In this document: positions 1-5,920 of the stretch, piece by piece
Layout: each line of letters opens with the position of its first letter
Position numbering within the stretch: position 1 is the stretch's first letter
DNA from: Nitrospinales bacterium
Lineage (GTDB): Bacteria; Nitrospinota; Nitrospinia; Nitrospinales; JAJDAT01
Reading direction: 5' to 3'
Assembly: GCA_046757665.1 (NCBI GenBank)
Contig: JBHHYO010000075.1
Location: 1 to 12,640, forward strand
DNA: 12,640 nucleotides
Position numbers and translations under genes: made by a program
The notes under the pieces: model-generated
Told to the model about the DNA's origin: nothing
The model's database searches: none
Seen by the model: the letters and a program-made list of their open reading frames with translations, nothing else

Positions 1-73
1 CGGATAGCTCAGCTGGGAGAGCACCGGCCTTACAAGCCGGGGGTCACAGGTTCGATCCCTGTTCCGCCTACCA
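1..73 (+). tRNA. tRNA-Val(TAC), about 3 nt missing at the 5' window edge
   Basis: D-arm TAGCTCAGCTGGGAGAGC; anticodon arm CCGGC-CT-TAC-AA-GCCGG (anticodon 31-33); T-arm ACAGG-TTCGATC-CCTGT; 3' acceptor strand TCCGCCT-A-CCA ending at 73. Confidence 0.97.
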
Positions 74-126
74 TTGCCGCTTCATGCCGCGGCGGGGGAG
101 AGCAACGCTTTGTTTCGTGAGATAAC

Positions 127-203
<77 letters not shown>

Positions 204-212
204 TACTCGATC

Positions 213-247
213 AAGGGGGTTAACTCATGCAGTTAACCCCCTTTTTT
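213..247 (+). terminator. Intrinsic terminator of the tRNA transcript
   Basis: Perfect 13-bp stem AAGGGGGTTAACT (213-225) / AGTTAACCCCCTT (231-243), loop CATGC, T6 run at 242-247, 10 nt after tRNA-Asp. Confidence 0.9.
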
Positions 248-273
248 CGTGCCCGCGGTTTTGGGTATGAGGC

Positions 274-279
274 TATAAT
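274..279 (+). promoter_or_regulatory. Candidate -10 element of the phoBR promoter
   Basis: Exact TATAAT in GC-rich intergenic DNA between the terminator and phoB. No convincing -35 at 16-18 bp spacing. Confidence 0.45.
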
Positions 280-321
280 GGGCTCGATGAGGGCCGGCGG
301 CGCCGTTGCCTTTGCCCGAAA

Positions 322-1035
322 GTGAGCGCCAACATTTCACGAAGAGATCCGGTGTCAAAAAAACACATCCTTGCCGTAGAGGACGAAAAAGATATTCTGG
401 AACTGCTCCGGTACAATTTGTCTCAGGAGGGGTTTCGGGTCACGGGCGTCAGCAGAGGGGAAACCGCTATCCAAAAGGCGCGTTCGGAGCCGCCGGACCT
501 GGTGCTTTTGGACTTGATGCTTCCCGGAGTGGATGGGCTGGAGGTGTGCCGGGTGTTGAAGGGCGACCCCGCCACGGCTTCGGTTCCCATCATCATGCTG
601 ACGGCGAAAGGCGAGGAGATTGATATCGTCACGGGTCTGGAGCTTGGGGCCGACGATTACATTACCAAGCCGTTCAGCCCGCGCGTGCTGGTGACGCGCA
701 TCAAGGCCGTGCTTCGCCGGCAGACACCGCCTGCCGACGATAAAACGGTCCTCCGGTTCGGCGATCTCGAAATTCATCCGGGCCGGCGCGAGGTGCGGGT
801 GGCCGGGCGGACGGTGGACCTGACGTTCACGGAGTTCGGTATTTTGCATTTCCTGTCCGCCCGCCCGGGCTGGGTGTTCACCCGCGGGCAGATCGTCGAG
901 GCGGTGCGCGGCAATGATTATTCGGTCACGGACCGCTCGGTGGATTTCCAGATCGTCGGGTTGCGCAAGAAACTCGGCCCCTGTGCGCGCTACATCCTGA
1001 CGGTGCGTGGCGTCGGCTACAAATTCAGCGAATGA
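322..1035 (+). CDS. phoB: PhoB/PhoP-type OmpR-family response regulator (true start may be the GTG at 352)
   Basis: Receiver motifs ILAVEDE, DLVLLDLMLP (phospho-Asp), IIMLTAK, ADDYITKPF; winged-helix end LTFTEF...DRSVD..I..LRKKL...TVRGVGYK. Overlaps the kinase start (ATGA) and sits in a pst/phoU locus. Confidence 0.92.
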   Translation: MSANISRRDPVSKKHILAVEDEKDILELLRYNLSQEGFRVTGVSRGETAIQKARSEPPDLVLLDLMLPGVDGLEVCRVLKGDPATASVPIIMLTAKGEEIDIVTGLELGADDYITKPFSPRVLVTRIKAVLRRQTPPADDKTVLRFGDLEIHPGRREVRVAGRTVDLTFTEFGILHFLSARPGWVFTRGQIVEAVRGNDYSVTDRSVDFQIVGLRKKLGPCARYILTVRGVGYKFSE

Positions 1036-2795
1036 CCATGCGCAAAAAAAAGTTGCTCCGGCAACTTTTCCCCACTTATCTGCTGATAATACTTGTCTCC
1101 CTGCTGGCGATGGGCGGATACGCCCTGAACGTGGTCCGCCAGTTTTCGTTTGCGCAACAACGGGCCGACCTGGAAGCCCGGGCCGACCTGGTGCGTGGGC
1201 AGGCTGTCAACCTGCTGGAGGAATCCGCCGGCCTGGATTCGGCTTGCCGGCTGTTGGGGAAAACCGGGCACATCACGTTGATCGATCCTTCGGGCAAGGT
1301 GGTCTGCGACTCCCGGCGCGATGCAACGCGGATGGATAATCATGCCGACCGTCCGGAGTTCCGCCAGGCGGTGGCGGGGCAAGTCGGTTCCGCAACGCGG
1401 TTCAGCAATTTTTTTGACGAAAAGATGTTGTACCTGGCGATGCCCATAACCGTCCGCGGGCAACTTGCCGGCGTGGTGCGCACGTCGGTGCCGGTTACCT
1501 TTATCGACCGGGCGCTACATTCCATTCAGATTCGCATTGCGCTTGGCGGGTTGGCGGTTGCCTTGCTGGCGGCGGCGGCCGGCTGGTTCGTCACTCGGCG
1601 CGTTACCCGGTCCCTGGAGGAAATCAGGCGCGGCGCGGAACAGTTCGCCGACGGCGACCTGGCGCACAAGGTCGCCATTCCCGATTCCGCGGAGATCGGC
1701 GGGCTGGCGGAAGCCCTGAACCGGATGGCCGCCGAGTTGAACGGCAAAATCCAGACCGCCACCACGCAACGCAACGAAAAAGAGGCCATCCTTTCCAGCA
1801 TGACCGAGGGGGTTCTGGCCGTGGATGCCGAGGAGCGGATCATCAGCCTGAACAGCGCCGCCGCCCGGTTGATGGGAGTGCATCCCCGGGAAAGCCGCGG
1901 CCGGCACGTCTGGGACGTCGTCCGCAACATCAGCCTGCAAAAATTTATTTCGCGGACGCTGGCCAGCCGCAACATGGCGGACGATGACATCATTCTCAGT
2001 TTTGACGGCGAACGGTTCATCCAGGTGCGCGGCGCCCTGTTGCGCGGCGCCGGGGACCGGGGCATCGGCGTCCTGGTCGTCCTCAACGACGTGACCCGCC
2101 TGCGACGCCTGGAAAACACCCGCCGGGAATTCGTGGCGAACGTCTCCCACGAACTCAAAACACCCGTCACCTCCATCAAGGGATTCGTGGAAACCCTGTT
2201 GGCGGGGGCCGTCCGCGACCCCGAAAAGTCCAAGGAGTTTCTGGCCATTGTCGTCAAACAGGCCGACCGCCTCAACGCCATTATCGAGGACCTGCTCAGC
2301 CTGTCGCGGATCGAACAGGAATCCGAAAGCGACCGCATTGTCCTTGAGGAAACCCGGTTGGCGGATGTCCTGGGAAACGCCATCCAAAGTTGCGACCCCC
2401 TGGCCGCGAAACAAAACGTCGGCGTCGAATTGATATGCGACGGGGATTTGCGGGCAAAGGTGAATCCGTCACTGCTGGAACACGCGGTGATGAACTTGAT
2501 CGACAACGCCGCCAAATACAGCCGGCCGGGGAGCGCGGTGGAGGTCCGGGCGGCGCGGGCGAGCGGTCGGGTGGACATTCGGGTGCGGGACGAGGGATGC
2601 GGCATCGGCCCGGAACACCTGCCGCGCCTGTTCGAGCGTTTTTACCGCGTCGACCAGGCGCGTAGCCGCGAACTCGGCGGCACGGGGCTGGGGCTGGCCA
2701 TCGTCAAGCACATCGCCCAGGCGCATGGCGGCTCGGTGTCCGTCGAAAGCGCCCCCGGCCAGGGAAGCACGTTTATCATTCACCTGCCGCATTAA
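1032..2795 (+). CDS. phoR: PhoR-type sensor histidine kinase (TM-periplasmic domain-TM-HAMP-PAS-HisKA-HATPase)
   Basis: Two hydrophobic segments flanking a domain with [13 protein letters not shown] ([13 protein letters not shown]); PAS ([10 protein letters not shown]); H-box [14 protein letters not shown]-box [10 protein letters not shown]1 DEGCGI; F-box [10 protein letters not shown]2 [12 protein letters not shown]. Confidence 0.93.
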   Translation: MTMRKKKLLRQLFPTYLLIILVSLLAMGGYALNVVRQFSFAQQRADLEARADLVRGQAVNLLEESAGLDSACRLLGKTGHITLIDPSGKVVCDSRRDATRMDNHADRPEFRQAVAGQVGSATRFSNFFDEKMLYLAMPITVRGQLAGVVRTSVPVTFIDRALHSIQIRIALGGLAVALLAAAAGWFVTRRVTRSLEEIRRGAEQFADGDLAHKVAIPDSAEIGGLAEALNRMAAELNGKIQTATTQRNEKEAILSSMTEGVLAVDAEERIISLNSAAARLMGVHPRESRGRHVWDVVRNISLQKFISRTLASRNMADDDIILSFDGERFIQVRGALLRGAGDRGIGVLVVLNDVTRLRRLENTRREFVANVSHELKTPVTSIKGFVETLLAGAVRDPEKSKEFLAIVVKQADRLNAIIEDLLSLSRIEQESESDRIVLEETRLADVLGNAIQSCDPLAAKQNVGVELICDGDLRAKVNPSLLEHAVMNLIDNAAKYSRPGSAVEVRAARASGRVDIRVRDEGCGIGPEHLPRLFERFYRVDQARSRELGGTGLGLAIVKHIAQAHGGSVSVESAPGQGSTFIIHLPH

Positions 2796-2814
2796 CAGAA
2801 TGCTGAAAAAGTCC

Positions 2815-2923
2815 GTGTCATTGCGAGGCGGCTCAGCCGACGAAGCAATCCAGAAAGGACCCATTCCCACCGGGCGTGGCCCGGCTGGATCGCCGCGCCG
2901 CCGGTGGCGGCTCGCGATGACAC
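2815..2923. repeat. Branched palindromic (REP/RPE-like) repeat of the GTCATTGCGAG...GAAGCAATC...CTCGCRATGAC type
   Basis: Outer arms GTGTCATTGCGAG (2815-2827) / CTCGCGATGACAC (2911-2923), 12/13; inner arms GCAATCCAG (2845-2853) / CTGGATCGC (2885-2893), 8/9; three small GC hairpins at 2829-2839, 2870-2884 and 2897-2911. Confidence 0.8.
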
Positions 2924-2963
2924 CGGGGGCGACGAAGAATCTCTTAACGTCCGCAAGAACGGC

Positions 2964-2992
2964 TTTAAAAAAAAACCGTTCGATGCTAGGAT
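2964..2992 (+). promoter_or_regulatory. Candidate sigma70 promoter for the ArsR-family gene
   Basis: TTTAAA (2964-2969), 17-bp spacer, extended -10 TG-C-TAGGAT (2984-2992), about 100 nt upstream of the ATG at 3092. Confidence 0.4.
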
Positions 2993-3091
2993 GAAACGCT
3001 GTTTAATGTTTAACGGCGGGTTGCTGAAAAAGTCCCAAAAATGTCATGCTGAGCAAATCGACTTTTTCAACAATTTGCTAATTCGTGAGTC

Positions 3092-3388
3092 ATGCCCAGG
3101 AAATCCGATTCATTGAAAATGCGGCGGTTCAAGATTCTGGCCGATGCCAACCGGCTGAGGATTCTGGAATTTCTTCTCCAAAGTCCCGCCAACGTTTCCG
3201 CCATTTCGGCGCGACTGGATATCGAGCAATCCCTGCTGTCGCACCATCTCAAGATCATGAAGGACGAGGGTTTGCTGGAAGGCCGCCGGGAAGGCAAAAC
3301 CATCGTCTATCAAATCGCCCGCGATGTGAAGACCGGCAAGTCGAAAAAGGCGCTCGACATGAAGTGTTGCCGGATCGATCTGGCCTGA
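3092..3388 (+). CDS. ArsR/SmtB-family transcriptional repressor with a C-terminal Cys-Cys pair
   Basis: FKILADANRLRILEFL...NVSAISARLDIEQSLLSHHLKIMKDEGLLEGRREGKTIVY is the HTH_ARSR signature; ends in LDMKCCRIDLA (C92, C93). Alternative start ATG at 3119. Confidence 0.9.
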   Translation: MPRKSDSLKMRRFKILADANRLRILEFLLQSPANVSAISARLDIEQSLLSHHLKIMKDEGLLEGRREGKTIVYQIARDVKTGKSKKALDMKCCRIDLA

Positions 3389-3411
3389 CGCCCGCCGCCG
3401 ATTTTTTCCCC

Positions 3412-3440
3412 TTGACTTGACCCCGCCCGTGGTTTACTTT
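3412..3440 (+). promoter_or_regulatory. sigma70 promoter for the PstS-like gene
   Basis: -35 TTGACT (3412-3417), exactly 17 bp (3418-3434), -10 TACTTT (3435-3440); predicted +1 near 3447-3448. Confidence 0.65.
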
Positions 3441-3445
3441 TTCAC

Positions 3446-3481
3446 ACATGAATGATAATTCAAATGAATATAAATTCATGT
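3446..3481. promoter_or_regulatory. Tandem ArsR/SmtB-type operator (two TGAA-N6-TTCA boxes, 16-bp period)
   Basis: TGAA-TGATAA-TTCA (3449-3462) and TGAA-TATAAA-TTCA (3465-3478). The whole 36-mer is bounded by the perfect dyad ACATGAAT (3446-3453) / ATTCATGT (3474-3481). TGAA-N6-TTCA is the known core of SmtB/CzrA operators. Confidence 0.75.
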
Positions 3482-4323
3482 CTTTGGCGGCGGGTGTTTT
3501 TCTGGCGGCGTTGCCGGCGGGTTTCGGGCTTGCCGGTCCCATCCATGCCGCCGGGGGCGGGACGCTGAAGATTGCCGGCTCGACGACGGTTTTGCCCATC
3601 GCCGCGCGCGCCGGCGAGTTGTTCAAGAAAACCCGTCCCGGCGCGACGGTTACGGTGAACGCCGGCGGCTCCGGCGTGGGGTTCAACTCGGTGGCCGGCG
3701 GCCGGGTGGATATCGGCTTGATGTCGCGCGGCATCGGCGCGGCGGAAAAAGCGAAATTCGCCGACCTGCCGTTCAAGGTGTTTACCGTCGGCCGCGACGC
3801 GGTGGCCTGCGTGATTTCCTCGGAAGTGTTTCAAGGCGGCGTGACTGCCTTGTCGAAAGAGGAAATCCGCGACATCTATCTGGGCAAAAAAACCAACTGG
3901 AAGGCATTCGGCGGGCCGGACCGGCGCATTGTGGTGATTGACAAGGAGATGCACCGCGGCACCCGCCATGTTTTCATGAAGTACGTCATGGGCGACGCCA
4001 GAGCGCGCGCGCCCGGCGCCCGGCTGGTCACCGGCTCCAACAACGAGGAGCAGGCAAAAATCGCGCAAAGCGATGCCGCCATCGGGATGCTCTCCCTCGC
4101 CTGGATCAACAAGGACGTGGCCGGCGTGGGCATCCGGGAGGGCGATAAAATTTTGCGCCCCACGTTGGCCGGCATCCGCTCCGGAACCTATCCCATCTCC
4201 CGCGACCTCAATATGGTCACGGTCGGCGCACCCACCGGCCTGGCCCGGGAGTTTATCGACTTTGTTCTCGGCCCGCAAGGCCAAAAGATCGTCGAGCAAA
4301 GCGGCTACGTGGCCATACGCTAG
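3448..4323 (+). CDS. PstS-like periplasmic oxyanion-binding protein (variant binding motif, no dedicated permease)
   Basis: Signal-peptide-like N-terminus; PstS-family motifs LKIAGSTTVLP, GGSGVG, DIGLMSR, VGRDAV, IYLGKKTNWKAFGG, YPISRDL, FIDFVLGPQGQKIV. Start is ATG 3448 or ATG 3478; neither has a Shine-Dalgarno sequence. Confidence 0.88.
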   Translation: MNDNSNEYKFMSLAAGVFLAALPAGFGLAGPIHAAGGGTLKIAGSTTVLPIAARAGELFKKTRPGATVTVNAGGSGVGFNSVAGGRVDIGLMSRGIGAAEKAKFADLPFKVFTVGRDAVACVISSEVFQGGVTALSKEEIRDIYLGKKTNWKAFGGPDRRIVVIDKEMHRGTRHVFMKYVMGDARARAPGARLVTGSNNEEQAKIAQSDAAIGMLSLAWINKDVAGVGIREGDKILRPTLAGIRSGTYPISRDLNMVTVGAPTGLAREFIDFVLGPQGQKIVEQSGYVAIR

Positions 4324-4348
4324 ATTTCCCTCCGCCCGCAAGATTCTC

Positions 4349-4367
4349 TTCTAACGCATTTCTAACT
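4349..4367 (+). promoter_or_regulatory. Candidate Pho box upstream of the porin gene
   Basis: Direct repeat TTCTAAC at 4349-4355 and 4360-4366 (11-bp period typical of PhoB-family sites); possible -10 TAGATT at 4399-4404. Confidence 0.55.
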
Positions 4368-4458
4368 CAACCCTCATTTTAATCCCATGTGCCGGGGGTA
4401 GATTGCTTTTTAAATTACAAACAAATTCAAACGCAAACAATTGCACTCGAGGAGGGTC

Positions 4459-5853
4459 ATGTTAAAGAAACTCAAAATTCACATCAAGGCGGTGTTGATT
4501 GCGGCGGTGCTGATGCAGGCGGCGCCGGCGGCCTGGGCGGATATGTCGGAGTCGGAGCTTCGCCTGAGAGCCATGGAAGAAAAATGGATGGACCGGATCG
4601 ACAAGCTGGAGAAAAAATATGAAGCCCTGTCTAAAAAGGAAAGCAAGGGTCTGCCGGGGGTGCCGTACGACAGCAGGGGAGTGAAAAAACAGGGCGGCAT
4701 AAGAATAAAACACGACAAGAAGGGATTCCACTTTGAAACTCCGGATGGAATATTTTCCACCCACCTGCTGTGGCGCGCCCAGATGAGGTACTCCAGCTTA
4801 ACGGGCAGTAGCAGTCCCGTGACGCTGTCCGATTTTAACAAGGAGGATTCGAACAATTTTGAACTCCGGCGAGTTCGTATGAAGATCGGCGGCCACGGGT
4901 ACAGACCCTGGATCAAATACTATTTTGAAGTCGATTTACAGCCGTCCCGGACGGTGGACAAGTCTTCAAGCAAAGCGTCGTCGAGACTCATCGACTACAG
5001 GATCACCCTGCAACCGCTTGAGCAAATCGGCCTGCGGATCGGCCAGTGGAAAATCAACTACAACCGCGAGCGGGTGGATTCCTCGGGTCGGCAACAGTTT
5101 GTCGAGCGTTCCATCGTCAACCGGGTGTTTGCCGTGGACCGCCAGATCGGCGCGATGCTGAAAGGTCATTTGTTCAAGGGCACGTTTGCCGACATGAGGT
5201 ACTACGGCGGCGTGTTCAACGGCGAGGGCCGCTCGGTGAATAACAGCGACAACAATGTAATGCTCATGGGCAGACTGCAATGGAACTTCCTCGGCCGTGA
5301 TTTGAAATGGCGGCAGTCCGACGTTTCGTATCACAAAAAACCGGCGGCCAGCCTGGCCTTTGCGGCGGTGACCACGCAGGGACGGTGCACGCGGTGGAGT
5401 TCTTCCGGTTGCGGCCACCTCGACGGATTCGAAATCGGCGATCCAAACCAGTTCCGGATCGACCAGCAGGTGCAGGAGTTTGCGCTTAAATATAAGGGAT
5501 TATCGGTGCAGGAAGAGTTTCACTGGAAGAATATTACGGATCGCAAAAACCATGTGGACCACAACCTCAGAGGTTCGTATGCGGAAGCCGGGTATTTCCT
5601 CAATGGACTGATTCCGCAAATCCCCAAGAACATCGAACTGGCGGCGCGTTACGCATTTGTCGACCAGCCGGACAATTCCAACGTGTTATTGACCAACAAC
5701 CGGGAGGAATATTCCGCGGTCCTGAACTACTTTATCGCGGGCCACAACAACAAAATTACTCTCGATTATTCCTATTTAACGCTGGATGACGCTTCGTCCG
5801 GCCGATCCGCAAGCAACAACAGGATCAGACTGCAATGGGACGTTTCTTTTTAA
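4459..5853 (+). CDS. OprO/OprP-family phosphate-selective outer-membrane porin
   Basis: SD GAGGAGG (4449-4455) before ATG 4459, preferred to TTG 4441. Signal peptide ending AWA, short coiled coil, FELRRVRMKIGG arginine-ladder motif, IGQWK...ER...FVERS, alternating beta-strand pattern and C-terminal RLQWDVSF (terminal Phe). Confidence 0.85.
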   Translation: MLKKLKIHIKAVLIAAVLMQAAPAAWADMSESELRLRAMEEKWMDRIDKLEKKYEALSKKESKGLPGVPYDSRGVKKQGGIRIKHDKKGFHFETPDGIFSTHLLWRAQMRYSSLTGSSSPVTLSDFNKEDSNNFELRRVRMKIGGHGYRPWIKYYFEVDLQPSRTVDKSSSKASSRLIDYRITLQPLEQIGLRIGQWKINYNRERVDSSGRQQFVERSIVNRVFAVDRQIGAMLKGHLFKGTFADMRYYGGVFNGEGRSVNNSDNNVMLMGRLQWNFLGRDLKWRQSDVSYHKKPAASLAFAAVTTQGRCTRWSSSGCGHLDGFEIGDPNQFRIDQQVQEFALKYKGLSVQEEFHWKNITDRKNHVDHNLRGSYAEAGYFLNGLIPQIPKNIELAARYAFVDQPDNSNVLLTNNREEYSAVLNYFIAGHNNKITLDYSYLTLDDASSGRSASNNRIRLQWDVSF

Positions 5854-5863
5854 CAACGAAAAT

Positions 5864-5898
5864 CTAACAGAATCCTAACATTCCGAGCTTATCATACT
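5864..5898 (+). promoter_or_regulatory. Candidate Pho box and -10 upstream of pstS
   Basis: CTAACA at 5864-5869 and 5875-5880 (11-bp period) occupying the -35 position of CATACT (5893-5898); SD AGGAGGAG at 5910-5917. Confidence 0.65.
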
Positions 5899-5920
5899 GG
5901 TAAGCTAGCAGGAGGAGATC

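Larger units (their letters stand above)
2793..3080. mobile_element. MITE-like non-autonomous element(s): two left ends and one right end of a ~21-bp terminal inverted repeat
   Basis: TAACAGAATGCTGAAAAAGTC (2793-2813) matches the reverse complement of GACTTTTTCAACAATTTGCTA (3060-3080) at 17/21. A second left-end copy lies at 3014-3034 (TGCTGAAAAAGTCC is identical at 2801-2814 and 3022-3035). No transposase in the window. Confidence 0.55.

Noticed and set aside
1044-1051. A8 run near the phoR start (and A7 near the phoB start) as phase-variation tracts
   Set aside because: Both encode N-terminal Lys clusters and the reading frames are intact.
2793-3080. CRISPR array or riboswitch in the intergenic repeats
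   Set aside because: No regularly spaced repeat-spacer units, no cas genes and no riboswitch consensus that I recognise.
2725-3116. Small ORFs across the phoR-arsR gap (89 aa and 70 aa)
   Set aside because: They translate the repeat elements (e.g. VSLRGGSADEAIQ), overlap neighbouring genes and lack an SD or recognisable domain.
4441-4458. TTG start for the porin
   Set aside because: The extension contains the SD GAGGAGG that serves ATG 4459, which gives a normal signal peptide.
4459-5853. Visibly lower GC of the porin gene as a sign of recent transfer
   Set aside because: Largely explained by the Asn/Lys/Phe/Tyr-rich composition of porins; a codon-usage comparison with the genome would be needed.
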